DNA of 59,755 bases, counting the filler. It is 9 parts of 9 records of this genome, joined end to end, with 100 filler letters (N's around TTAATTAATTAA, not from the genome) between each part and the next. Parts side by side here need not be neighbours in the genome. Positions count along the whole stretch, not along the records: positions 1 to 9,564 come from SRR31156797_35611; 8 more parts are not named here. One strand, written 5' to 3'. The notes under the pieces are model-generated. The model did not search any database and was not told the origin of the DNA. It saw only the letters and a list, made by a program, of their open reading frames with translations. Shown one piece after another: positions 1-9,564 of the stretch; positions within the stretch are counted from its first letter, which is position 1; each line of letters opens with the position of its first letter. The translations under genes were made by a program, and so were the position numbers.

Positions 1-2702
1 TAGAACCTTAAGAATAGACCGAGCATGATCTGTCTGGGTGAATAATAACGAGAGGGATCGTAGTTCGGATTTCTTCCACCGTAATAGCTGTAGGAAATGA
101 TCTCACCGGGATCATATGGCTCGCCGGTGAAAGGATTGATCCTTCTCGGTACTTTATGGTTAAAGACATTTTGGACATCGATATAGAAGCCATATGTCAA
201 ATTCTTATAATAAAAATCTTTTGTGAATTTCAGATCAACGGTCAGATAAGGATCTGCGATCTCACCATAGGGGTTATCACTCCGTGAGGTTCCGATATAC
301 CAAACGGTTCCATCACCTGTAGTGACCGTATCAAGAATAACACTCTCAGTGTATCTTCGGCCGGCTTGCGCTTCGATGTGCGCATTTAGCGACCAATTGT
401 TTATCCATGGAGATATATCTTCTTCGTACATATGAAAACGCAGGTTTGCGATCAGTCTGAAGGGCTCATCCCAGGATAGATAATTCTCTGTTAAAGGCTT
501 TTCAGGGATCATACCGGCTTCAACAAGCACATTATCGTCCGGACTGGAACTCTTACCTGTTGTGACCGAATAGGTGAATGATGCATCACCACTGAAGAAA
601 CGACCTGCCGTTTGACGAAACATGAATTCAAGTCCATAAGATCTTGCATAATCCATATTCAGATACATCATCAAACTGTAATTACCGACAAGCGGATTAA
701 AAGAGGTAATAGTCTGGGCCGTTTCATAATCGAACATATCTTTATAGTAGGCCTTGAATTCAATGGCTGAAGCGGCAGAGAATTTATGTTTTAGACCTAT
801 CTCGTAAGCAACGGTTGTCTTTGGATCTAAATTGGGATTCCCGATCAGGCTGTAGGGGTTGTCCGACACCGTATTTAGCTTTGCGTAAACATAGTTATAA
901 GTTGGCAACTGTGAGAAATGTCCGTAATTAAAATAAAGAACATCATTATCGGTCACGGGGTGACTGATTCCAAGGCGAGGACTTAAATGGCCTTTGAAAC
1001 GTGCTCCGAAAAGATTGCTTGTTTCATCGAAGAAACGTTCACGTCCGGCTTCAGTAATGGTCAGGATATCCGGATCCATCATGGCATCAGTTACTTCCTT
1101 GCCGATAAACCAATAATCATAACGGATACCAACATTGGCGATCATACCTTCAAAGGTGATCTTGTCCTGAATATACATTGATCCGTCAGAGGGCTTGACG
1201 TTGTAATAATCATAACTTTCACCCAATCCCGATCCAAGCCATGGTTTGTAGATATCGATGACTTGCATTTCAGTCGCACGATGTTCAAAACCCGCTTTCA
1301 TTTTATGCTGTGTGCTTGGATGGTAGGTAAAATCTGAAGATAAAGTATAGTTTTTACTCCAGTAATCGTACCAATAGGGGGCATCGCCGTGATCCCAGAA
1401 TTCATCACCGGTGTAAACGACGACGTTTCCGTATTCATCTCGGGTTTGATATTCAGTAGGATCTATATCCAGGATCTCATCATACTCGGTCCAATCTTTA
1501 TTTTGAACGGCTTTATGAAAAGATGTAAAGAAATAACCTGCATTGACCGTATAAAACAATTTCGGATTGATCGTATGTGTCCAAAGTGCGTTGATAACTT
1601 TTGATTCTCTCGTAAAGGTCGGGTAATTATCCAAAATTTCCTGAAAAGCATAAGGGAAAGAGGATGAGGTAAAATAACCCTGGTTTACGTTCGCAGATTG
1701 ATTATAAGAGATGGAGAATTTATATTTTTGATTATAGTTCCAGGAAAGTTTTCCCATCGTAGACATGTTGTTTTCCTGCCGGGTGGTAAAAACATTCATC
1801 CAATCTCTGTAGGGATATAAATTGTTCGAACCCGGTAAATAGGAATCTGAAAGATATAAATAACCACTGACAAAATAAGAAAGATAACCCGGTATTAACT
1901 TGCTGTCACCTTTAGTGATCGGACCACCAAGTGTAAATTCTACGTTATCCGTATTAAAACCGCTGCCACCGAAAAGCTGATCGGTTTTATATCTGAACGA
2001 CCCTTCAAAATTGGCTGCACCTTCTTTTAGTTTAACGTCAATAATACCGGACATTGCCTGCCCGTACTCGGCATTGAATCCACCGGTGATGATCTCTAAT
2101 TGCTCAATAGCATTGGGGTTTACATACAAACTTGAAGATTCACCCGTAAGCGGATCTTTAATGGAAAGTCCGTCCACAATGAACTGACTTTCATCAACAC
2201 GGCCACCGCGAATATGGATCTCGTTATTGGATGTGGATACACCTGCCTGCTGACCAACAATATCTGCAACACTTTCTACGATCTTACCCATCAGATCGTC
2301 AGCAGTGACGGATACCGATGAAGCGGTTGAAGCCGCATCGATCAGAGGTTTTTCTCCGACAACGATAACATCTTCACCCAGAGCAAGGACAGTTGTTTCA
2401 AGAGCGATATCCATTCGGATATTTTCATCTTGATCCAATTCGATACCACCATGCAAGTACTGTTTATATCCGATCATGGAGACCATCATATCATATGTAC
2501 CGGCACCCATACCGGTAATAGTAAATGACCCATCCATTGATGTAGCGGCACCGTAATAAGTACCTTTAAGGATAATGTTAACACCTGCCATGGGCTCTTT
2601 TGTCTCTGCATCCGTGACCACACCCCGTATGGCGGCCCCGAACGCGGAAGCGGATAGGCAGAGTAACGTAAGCGCAACTATGTATTTTGTCAATTTTTTC
2701 AT
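1..2702 (-). CDS. TonB-dependent outer-membrane receptor with N-terminal carboxypeptidase-regulatory-like domain (~900 aa; stop codon cut by window edge)
   Basis: Not in ORF track. Both ends translated by hand. ATG at 2702 gives MKKLTKYIVALTLLCLSASAFG (signal peptide) then AAIRGVVTDAETKEPMAGVNIILKGTYYGAAT; plug motif HIRGGR near 2200; the same frame ends ...PRQIMLGLFLRF at position 3, followed by TA (terminal Phe typical of beta-barrels). Confidence 0.9.
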   Translation of the reverse strand, partial: MKKLTKYIVALTLLCLSASAFGAAIRGVVTDAETKEPMAGVNIILKGTYYGAATSMDGSFTITGMGAGTYDMMVSMIGYKQYLHGGIELDQDENIRMDIALETTVLALGEDVIVVGEKPLIDAASTASSVSVTADDLMGKIVESVADIVGQQAGVSTSNNEIHIRGGRVDESQFIVDGLSIKDPLTGESSSLYVNPNAIEQLEIITGGFNAEYGQAMSGIIDVKLKEGAANFEGSFRYKTDQLFGGSGFNTDNVEFTLGGPITKGDSKLIPGYLSYFVSGYLYLSDSYLPGSNNLYPYRDWMNVFTTRQENNMSTMGKLSWNYNQKYKFSISYNQSANVNQGYFTSSSFPYAFQEILDNYPTFTRESKVINALWTHTINPKLFYTVNAGYFFTSFHKAVQNKDWTEYDEILDIDPTEYQTRDEYGNVVVYTGDEFWDHGDAPYWYDYWSKNYTLSSDFTYHPSTQHKMKAGFEHRATEMQVIDIYKPWLGSGLGESYDYYNVKPSDGSMYIQDKITFEGMIANVGIRYDYWFIGKEVTDAMMDPDILTITEAGRERFFDETSNLFGARFKGHLSPRLGISHPVTDNDVLYFNYGHFSQLPTYNYVYAKLNTVSDNPYSLIGNPNLDPKTTVAYEIGLKHKFSAASAIEFKAYYKDMFDYETAQTITSFNPLVGNYSLMMYLNMDYARSYGLEFMFRQTAGRFFSGDASFTYSVTTGKSSSPDDNVLVEAGMIPEKPLTENYLSWDEPFRLIANLRFHMYEEDISPWINNWSLNAHIEAQAGRRYTESVILDTVTTGDGTVWYIGTSRSDNPYGEIADPYLTVDLKFTKDFYYKNLTYGFYIDVQNVFNHKVPRRINPFTGEPYDPGEIISYSYYGGRNPNYDPSRYYSPRQIMLGLFLRF

Positions 2703-2703
2703 G

Positions 2704-4209
2704 CTATTCATCTAACTCAAAAATATAGTTAAACAGATCATCAAGATTATCGTTGCCATTCAAGTAATAGAGTGGGATCGACATATAGTAACAGACTCCG
2801 TCGCCGATCGGTGTTTCGATCATGACAGGTGGTGTACCGCTATAATCACTTGTATTCAATGAATCATGTTCAAAATGATAACGCAAAGTCGAACTTGAAC
2901 CGGGTTCAATAGCATATAATTTATCAGCAAGAGTCGAAGAAACTTTTAGCGTCAGATCATTATTTAAGGTTGAGTCACCCCATTCCGCATCAATGTTAAC
3001 TCCGGAATATATACGACCTGTCGGACTGTATTGGTAAACTGTATCGATATCCGTAAAGGTCCATACAGTATCGGGACGGCTTCCTGTGGCAACTTTTTGT
3101 GCATTATCAATAAACAGCGTACCACCATCAGCAGCAAATCGAGTTAAAGCAAGATTAGCATCATCCAAGCTATTGGATCCCCTGAATGTAAACCAGAATA
3201 CTTTAGAAAAAGAACTAAGATTCAATTCTATATCTTCAGGTGAAAATGGTACTGTATTGGCCGTATTGGTACTGGTGCTTCCGATCTCCCAGGTTGAATA
3301 ACCGTCAACCGTAACCAGATCGGTAAGAACACTTTCATATAGATTTTGATGAGCATAGGCAACTTGATCGCCAGCGAAATCATTAACGATCAGAACATCT
3401 CCAACCGGTTCGTTGACTTCCCAAGTCAAAATTTTTGAATCATCACTGTCAGGGTCCGGGAAAGTAATAATGTTGCTTTCCGCACCTGCAATATCTTTAA
3501 CTTTAAGATAAATTTTGTGTCGTCCCGGAAGAATATCTGTTATCATAACTTCTCTTTCTGATCCTTCAAGCTGTAACCAGCTGGAAGTATCATCCAGAGC
3601 ATAAAAAATATCTGTAATTGTTTCGTCACCATCAATATCACTAATATCCCAATAAAAAGAATGATGTGTGAATGAATAGTGTACGGAATCCTCTGTTCTT
3701 GAGCTAAGAGGAAGTGAATTCAGTTTCCATTCAACTTCGGGAGGTGAATTGAAAACCGGAAATGAAGCCACTGCGGCTGTGGGATCCATTAAACTGTCGT
3801 TATCGACAGCCTGAACATGGAAACTGTAAATATCAAATTGTGTGCGCAGGGGCAGATAAAAAATTGCAGATTCGTCCTGTGTGAAAATCGGCTCATCCAT
3901 GTAGGACCAGCGGTAGTAATAACCGATCACATCTCCATCGGGATCATCTCCCCACCAATGAACTTCTTGTACCGATACGGTAGTGTCAAGCCCCATGAGC
4001 AAAGTATCCAGCACCCAGGTGGTGTCACCTCTGTATTCCCAATAATCTCCCGGACCCAGTGTGGTATCGGGATGATAAAAGAAAGAAACATGGGTTTCAG
4101 GCGCCAGGTTTACGGCGGTTGAAGGGGGAAGGGGCGGGCGGAAACAGGCCGCAACGGTCAGGATGAGGACCGTTAACATACTTAGAGATATAATTCGTGT
4201 TATCTTCAT
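2704..4209 (-). CDS. Putative lipoprotein (surface/periplasmic, Ig-like/Y_Y_Y-like segments)
   Basis: ORF 2704..4227; likely start MKITRII at 4209; hydrophobic stretch ending LTVAAC (lipobox); repeated W-x-G/D-x-D-x-DG segments. Confidence 0.75.
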   Translation of the reverse strand: MKITRIISLSMLTVLILTVAACFRPPLPPSTAVNLAPETHVSFFYHPDTTLGPGDYWEYRGDTTWVLDTLLMGLDTTVSVQEVHWWGDDPDGDVIGYYYRWSYMDEPIFTQDESAIFYLPLRTQFDIYSFHVQAVDNDSLMDPTAAVASFPVFNSPPEVEWKLNSLPLSSRTEDSVHYSFTHHSFYWDISDIDGDETITDIFYALDDTSSWLQLEGSEREVMITDILPGRHKIYLKVKDIAGAESNIITFPDPDSDDSKILTWEVNEPVGDVLIVNDFAGDQVAYAHQNLYESVLTDLVTVDGYSTWEIGSTSTNTANTVPFSPEDIELNLSSFSKVFWFTFRGSNSLDDANLALTRFAADGGTLFIDNAQKVATGSRPDTVWTFTDIDTVYQYSPTGRIYSGVNIDAEWGDSTLNNDLTLKVSSTLADKLYAIEPGSSSTLRYHFEHDSLNTSDYSGTPPVMIETPIGDGVCYYMSIPLYYLNGNDNLDDLFNYIFELDE

Positions 4210-4222
4210 GTGTTTTTTTATA

Positions 4223-4256
4223 ATCAACCCGTCCCAATTGAATGAGACGGGTTGAT
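4223..4256 (-). other. Intercistronic stem-loop (mRNA stabiliser or partial terminator)
   Basis: ATCAACCCGTC (4223-4233) and GACGGGTTGAT (4246-4256) are perfect 11-bp arms. The stem extends to 14 bp with one G-U pair on the minus-strand RNA; no U-tract follows in that direction. Confidence 0.7.
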
Positions 4257-4270
4257 ATGTGTATTAAACC

Positions 4271-6898
4271 TTACTTCAAGAGCAAGAGTTTGTTTGTTGC
4301 AGTAAATTCAGGTGTTTCGATACGATAGAGGTACATACCTGAGCTGAGATGAGCTGCATTCCAGCGTAGGTCGTATGAACCTGCATTCATAGTCGTATTG
4401 GCCAATTCCTGAACTTTTCGTCCTGTAATATCAAAGATAGTCAGTTTGACATTCGTTGCATTTGCAAGGTCGAAACGGATCGTTGTAACAGGATTGAAGG
4501 GGTTCGGGTAGTTTTGATGCAGTGCAAAGTTTGCAGGAACATCGGTAACACCGGGTTCAACAACTTCTTTGATCGTAACATCTTCAACTTTGCGAACTTC
4601 GATCTTAGATGAACCGTATGAATACATGACAACACCCTGTACGTTTGAAAGGGTATCACCTGCAACCAGGGTATCAATAGCACCGAGGATGGCATTTTCC
4701 TGATAGTTGATATCAAGTGTTGAATCAGATACCATGTCATCATCTAGGAGATATGAACCGGAAGCATCTGTTAAGGTCAGATCATATGAGTTGATCGATC
4801 CAACTTCCATGTCGCCATCAAGCTCAATTAATACACCTTCAAAACTTTCGGGATCAGCTTCAAGATCACCAAGCGTAATGCTTACAGGAGTAAGGGGAAG
4901 TTCACCAAGAAGTTTTGGTGTAACCGTACCTACAACGTAAGTATTAGTTTGCCATTTCCAGTAAGCTTCATGATCGTCATCAACTACACCGCTAACGGTT
5001 ACGACGTCGCCTTCATTCAAGGTAGCAATGGTTGAAGGATCAGCAAGGACCCATACACCGTTCCATGCACCGCTTGCATCTGCAACCGCCATGGCACCAA
5101 AGTTTGCATCATCTTTAAAATTCGTAGCAAGTGCACCGCTTGATGTAACCGTAGCATCAAATGTTACAGTACAACCATTCAAGGGGCTTACACCGCTTTC
5201 GGCATGTGTGTACTGAATATCGTATACAGTAGCAGCCGCATCCAGAACTTTATAAGCGAACAGTTGTTCTTCAAAGTTCATAGGCAGAGCTGATACGTCT
5301 GAAGAATCATCTACTACATAATAGTAGTATTCAACGATCGCACCGTCGGACTGTGCGGGGATGGTACCTGACCAGACATTACCAGTACCTTCGACCATAT
5401 CTACACTCGAGAATGCTCCGTTATCGACTTTATAGAAAACTTTTGCCGTATCAATGTTTCTCAATGTTGAGATCAGGATATTGGCAACAACGCTTTCTGA
5501 TGAAGTCGGAATATTTGAAGGAGTTCTGGAAGGATTAAGCAACATGGCAGGACCTTCACCCAGAACGATATCTTCTCTGTAAAGAGGACATAGCTGATAG
5601 GTTGAAGAATCTGCATATGAACCGTAATGGTGGTATACCCAACCGGTGATCGATTCGATAGGGGTCATGATAGGAGGAGCGACATAGCCGTCCAGACTAT
5701 CTGAATCGTCATCGATCAAAGCCATACCGCTTCCATCATCGATACCAAGGATCATATAAGGTTCTGTTGTGCTTGTTACAAGTGCATCTTCAATTCTAAC
5801 TGTAACATTTCCCCACTGTTCAGCTGTAACGGGAACACAGAGATCACCGGTTGTAACAACTGAAGTATCAGGAAGATCAGCTACACCAAGAAGATTGACA
5901 TCACCGACCAACCAAAATTCGGTCATATTTGCAGGACCAGTTGTGTATTCACCAACATAGCCACCCATTTCGATAAGGTCGCCTTCAAAGAGGTCGGGAT
6001 ATAATGCTGCATCTGCGTTGTACGAAAGAATCGCACTCCAAGGACCACCATGAGAATCTGTCAAGATGAATTTTACACCATCACCTGCATAACTTAAACC
6101 TGTAGGCATGGTAACAACACCTTTAACGTACAAAGTAGTATCTTCAACATCCAAGTATGAAATATCAGATGTAGCATCTTCGATCGTTTTCAAAAGATCA
6201 GAATGTCTGACTTGCTGAATTCTTTGAATACGAGTGTAAACTTTTGTTTCGCCGCTAAAAGGACCTTCAACGATATCCCAAGCTAAACGAGGGATGATCT
6301 TACGTTTACTGTATGAATAGTTCATAACACCTGTAATAGAGATCAGGCTATCGTAGTCTTCAGGCCAGAAATAGTAAGCGCAGTTACCGTCATCATCAAC
6401 ACCAACCGTATCGCTTGCATCAGCGATATCCCATTCACCAAAACCGGCATCAGGGTTAGTAATTGCAACATTTTCAAGTCTTACTAAACAGCCTTCATAG
6501 TCTTCAAGATTTGCATCAGCTGCTGAGATAACAGCGGGTTCTGGACAACCAACACCTGCTACATCAACAGTTAAGGCAGTTACATTTTTGATCTGTGTCA
6601 TGTCGTAGTATTCATCAACTTCACCTGAAATCGTAACTGAATCACCTTCAGCAACAATTACGGAATCGCCGACAAGATTATCTACATGAGTTCCAAGGTA
6701 AACATAAATACCATTCCAAGCGCCTGCACCGTCCTGAATGAACATCTTGCTGCCACCCATGGCATAAGGTTCAACGGTAACAACACCGGAAACCGTAACA
6801 GTACCGGTAGCTGTTCCATTTTGAATTTCGCTGATCGTGGTCGCAAATGCGCCTGCGGCCAAGAGAAGCGCCATCAAAACGATTAACATTTTTCTCAT
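4271..6898 (-). CDS. Secreted protein with three tandem pairs of YhcR/ExeM-type OB-fold domains, an Ig-like insert and a C-terminal T9SS type-A sorting domain
   Basis: Signal peptide; three recurrences of T/R-I/V-x-x-IQ...V-x-G/A-V/T-VT...D...W-x-G/A-I/V, each followed by E-x-x-(E)G-x-x-V/I...DDD...GV/W-x-x-Y; C-terminal FALHQNYPNPFNPVTTIRFDL...SSGMYLYRI...KLLLLK. Confidence 0.75.
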   Translation of the reverse strand: MRKMLIVLMALLLAAGAFATTISEIQNGTATGTVTVSGVVTVEPYAMGGSKMFIQDGAGAWNGIYVYLGTHVDNLVGDSVIVAEGDSVTISGEVDEYYDMTQIKNVTALTVDVAGVGCPEPAVISAADANLEDYEGCLVRLENVAITNPDAGFGEWDIADASDTVGVDDDGNCAYYFWPEDYDSLISITGVMNYSYSKRKIIPRLAWDIVEGPFSGETKVYTRIQRIQQVRHSDLLKTIEDATSDISYLDVEDTTLYVKGVVTMPTGLSYAGDGVKFILTDSHGGPWSAILSYNADAALYPDLFEGDLIEMGGYVGEYTTGPANMTEFWLVGDVNLLGVADLPDTSVVTTGDLCVPVTAEQWGNVTVRIEDALVTSTTEPYMILGIDDGSGMALIDDDSDSLDGYVAPPIMTPIESITGWVYHHYGSYADSSTYQLCPLYREDIVLGEGPAMLLNPSRTPSNIPTSSESVVANILISTLRNIDTAKVFYKVDNGAFSSVDMVEGTGNVWSGTIPAQSDGAIVEYYYYVVDDSSDVSALPMNFEEQLFAYKVLDAAATVYDIQYTHAESGVSPLNGCTVTFDATVTSSGALATNFKDDANFGAMAVADASGAWNGVWVLADPSTIATLNEGDVVTVSGVVDDDHEAYWKWQTNTYVVGTVTPKLLGELPLTPVSITLGDLEADPESFEGVLIELDGDMEVGSINSYDLTLTDASGSYLLDDDMVSDSTLDINYQENAILGAIDTLVAGDTLSNVQGVVMYSYGSSKIEVRKVEDVTIKEVVEPGVTDVPANFALHQNYPNPFNPVTTIRFDLANATNVKLTIFDITGRKVQELANTTMNAGSYDLRWNAAHLSSGMYLYRIETPEFTATNKLLLLK

Positions 6899-6921
6899 CT
6901 TGAGTCTCCTTTGATTTGGAT

Positions 6922-9072
6922 TTACTTTATAACTAACAATCGACCGGTCTTTATAAAACCGGTGTCATTATTTTCTACTGCAAATATATACATGCCTGTT
7001 GCCAGAGCCTGATCATGATCGGTGATCAGATCCCAAGCATGCTCTCCACCTGAATAGACGGTTTCACTGCTAAGTCCTTCGGCAAGACGGCGGGTATCGG
7101 CTCCGGAATAGGTAGACGCATCATGTTCGATGGTCTTAACAAGTTCACCGGAAATGGTAAAGACGCGTATAGTGGAATTATCCGGTAGTCCCGTGAACCA
7201 CACCATTCGATCCCGCACTCCCAAACCGTCCCAAACGGCATTAACGCGATAAGGATTGGGGTAAACACCCACTTCGGTAAGTTCGTCATCAATGGTCTGT
7301 TTTCCGGTCACAACCGTGATCCTGTTCTCCAATTGAGATGATTCAAGGGATTCTAGCCCTGTTCTGGGGTCACCTTTATCATATGAAGTGACGGCAAAAA
7401 TATTTTTATCGGGCCAACCGTTAAGCAAGTTGCTGTTCTCGAATTTATAATAGAATGTATCCTGTCCGAAGATCTCATAAGAATCATTGCCGAATTCATC
7501 TTTGATCCTGATATAATCAAAACCGGTATTATAACCGAATTCATCATCCAGGTCAAATGTCGCCAATAAACTCCATTCTTCAGCTAGTCCAGAGGTTTTT
7601 CTTCTTGCGTATACTTTGTATCCTTCAAAATCCTGTTCGCGTGAAATGGGGTCTTCCGCAAATTCCGGGATATTGTTCCAATAGAGAGTAACCTTGCTCT
7701 CATCAGCAACTACATGCAGTTTCGGTGAAGGGGGAGGTGCAGGTAGAACAAACCTGTCAAGAATACCATCTCCATCCTGGTCTTCCTGTATCTCCGGATC
7801 CAGTTTCCCGTTTCCGTTGATATCTTCACCGTTGAAAGCTTTTTGAGCCCAGTCAGCATTCACTCTAAGCAATGCACGTCTGCCGGCATTATCATCTTCG
7901 CCCGTGTTTGCCCAACGTCCGCAAACAACTGCAAAAGCTACATCAATGGCTTCTCCGGGAGGGATTTCCCAGGAAGAGCTGTCCGATACTGCGGGAACAG
8001 AACCGAAAGGACCTGCGCCGACAAGGATCATCCATGAAGCCGGACTTGAAGGATAACCTTCATCCGTATATAAAACGTCACCCAGGTGACGAGGTACTGA
8101 ATTACTTAATTTATCATAACGTTCTTCATCGGTCAATGGCATAAAATATTCGGGATAATCGGCATCCAGCGAGGTATTCCATTTCCATTGATTGTAATAG
8201 GTATCCCAATATGCGCGAGGAACTGTTTCTGTGCCAAGGAAAGTAAAGCCGACATAACTTTGAGCATAACCGTTATCACCATCCTGATCGAACTGATATG
8301 CGATATCTCTATCCAAACCTTCAAAATCATCGTCCGGAATAGGATCAAAAACAGATTCATCGAAACCGTTTTGGTTATCGTACCAGCTCCAACCTCCGCC
8401 GGGTTCATAAATACTGGTATAGTTCATATTACCGACTGCAGCATCCGCCCAAATACCGACAAAAACATCTTTGATCGTGCTGGAACCAATATTTTTTATA
8501 TTATAATTAAGGATAACAAAAGCATCTGTAAATGAATAATTCCATGTATAGGTCGTCATATCAATTTCAATATGTAGGGGTCTGTGATTGACGACATCTT
8601 TCTCGTCATGAAAAATCGACGTGAAATCCTGATGGGATATTGCATAAGGCGAATAGACCTTCGACGTAGGAATGGAAGACCTTTCAAAGATCGAATCACC
8701 ATAGTTGGTAAATTCAAAACCTTCGGCTCCATAATCGAATACACCGTCTACCACACCGGTAGAGACAAGTTTTTCACCATTGACGATACCACCGACCCAA
8801 AGGCCGCCGTATGACATGTGTTCGACTTGTTCTTTGATGTTGTCCGGGTATTGTTTGTACATGCAACTGGGTTGGTTGGGATTGTTATAACCTTCACCAA
8901 GAACACCAAAGTTCGTGATGGTCAATCCTAACTGACCTACCGTTGTGTAATGCACATAATCGGCAACAAGATCTGTCGTTTTTTGTAGGGATACCGGATA
9001 CCTTTCATTGGCAGTCAGGAATCCCGACAATGCTAATAAAGCAGAGAAGAATAATACTATGTGTTTTTTCAC
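6922..9072 (-). CDS. Secreted T9SS-type cargo protein with Ca-binding DxNGNGxLD motif, fibronectin-like segment and FlgD/CTD-like tail
   Basis: 716 aa; signal peptide; DINGNGKLD...DQDGDGILD; PPPSPKL...VTLYW; tail VYPNPY...IRVFTISGELVKTI...WDL...ATGMYIF. Confidence 0.75.
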   Translation of the reverse strand: MKKHIVLFFSALLALSGFLTANERYPVSLQKTTDLVADYVHYTTVGQLGLTITNFGVLGEGYNNPNQPSCMYKQYPDNIKEQVEHMSYGGLWVGGIVNGEKLVSTGVVDGVFDYGAEGFEFTNYGDSIFERSSIPTSKVYSPYAISHQDFTSIFHDEKDVVNHRPLHIEIDMTTYTWNYSFTDAFVILNYNIKNIGSSTIKDVFVGIWADAAVGNMNYTSIYEPGGGWSWYDNQNGFDESVFDPIPDDDFEGLDRDIAYQFDQDGDNGYAQSYVGFTFLGTETVPRAYWDTYYNQWKWNTSLDADYPEYFMPLTDEERYDKLSNSVPRHLGDVLYTDEGYPSSPASWMILVGAGPFGSVPAVSDSSSWEIPPGEAIDVAFAVVCGRWANTGEDDNAGRRALLRVNADWAQKAFNGEDINGNGKLDPEIQEDQDGDGILDRFVLPAPPPSPKLHVVADESKVTLYWNNIPEFAEDPISREQDFEGYKVYARRKTSGLAEEWSLLATFDLDDEFGYNTGFDYIRIKDEFGNDSYEIFGQDTFYYKFENSNLLNGWPDKNIFAVTSYDKGDPRTGLESLESSQLENRITVVTGKQTIDDELTEVGVYPNPYRVNAVWDGLGVRDRMVWFTGLPDNSTIRVFTISGELVKTIEHDASTYSGADTRRLAEGLSSETVYSGGEHAWDLITDHDQALATGMYIFAVENNDTGFIKTGRLLVIK

Positions 9073-9096
9073 TGAAACCCTCTAATTCCAAATGTT

Positions 9097-9125
9097 AAGA
9101 TAAGGGCATTTTAGGGCAATGTCAA
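9097..9125 (-). promoter_or_regulatory. Sigma70-type promoter for the four-gene operon
   Basis: Minus strand TTGACA (9125-9120), 17-nt spacer, TATCTT (9102-9097); AT-rich UP-like tract 9126-9146; GAGGG RBS before GTG at 9072. Confidence 0.7.
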
Positions 9126-9146
9126 AAATAAAAATATATTTTTAAA

Positions 9147-9194
9147 GCACAATATGTTGCGCTGTTTACATAAGAAACGTACAAGATGTGGTTG
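9147..9194. promoter_or_regulatory. Tandem NrdR-box-like operators
   Basis: GCACAATATGTTGCGC (9147-9162) and GTACAAGATGTGGTTG (9179-9194) both fit acaCwAtATaTwGtgt and are 32 bp apart start-to-start. Confidence 0.6.
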
Positions 9195-9198
9195 AAAC

Positions 9199-9359
9199 GT
9201 TTAGAAGTTTAGAGGTTGAGAGGTTTAGTATATTGATTATCAATGGATTGCAAGATGTATGATTATGAAATTGGACCCTTTTGTCCAACCTGACGATAGT
9301 ATGCTTATCAATTTATGTCTTTTGCTCTCCTAAACTGCTAAACATCTAAACTGCTAAAA
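9199..9359. repeat. Two inverted arrays of four 8-mers (GTTTAGnn)
   Basis: GTTTAGAA GTTTAGAG GTTGAGAG GTTTAGTA (9199-9230) and TCCTAAAC TGCTAAAC ATCTAAAC TGCTAAAA (9328-9359). Confidence 0.7.
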
Positions 9360-9469
9360 CTCTTTAAAAAAAACATTCCAAACAGGACTCCAATATCTTA
9401 TATTTTGGTGCGAGGGAAAACAGGCTGCCAGGCCTGTCGCTGTAAAGGGTTAAAATTAAAGGAATAGAG

Positions 9470-9564
9470 ATGTTAAAGGCAATTTCACCTCTCGATGGTC
9501 GTTATCATAAGCGTGTCGAGGCGCTCGGCGATTACTTCTCGGAATATGCACTGATGGGTGCACG
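9470..9564 (+). CDS. purB: Adenylosuccinate lyase, N-terminal fragment (contig end)
   Basis: MLKAISPLDGRYHKRVEALGDYFSEYALM matches the PurB N-terminal SPLDGRY...YFSE motif; AAGGA RBS. Confidence 0.85.
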
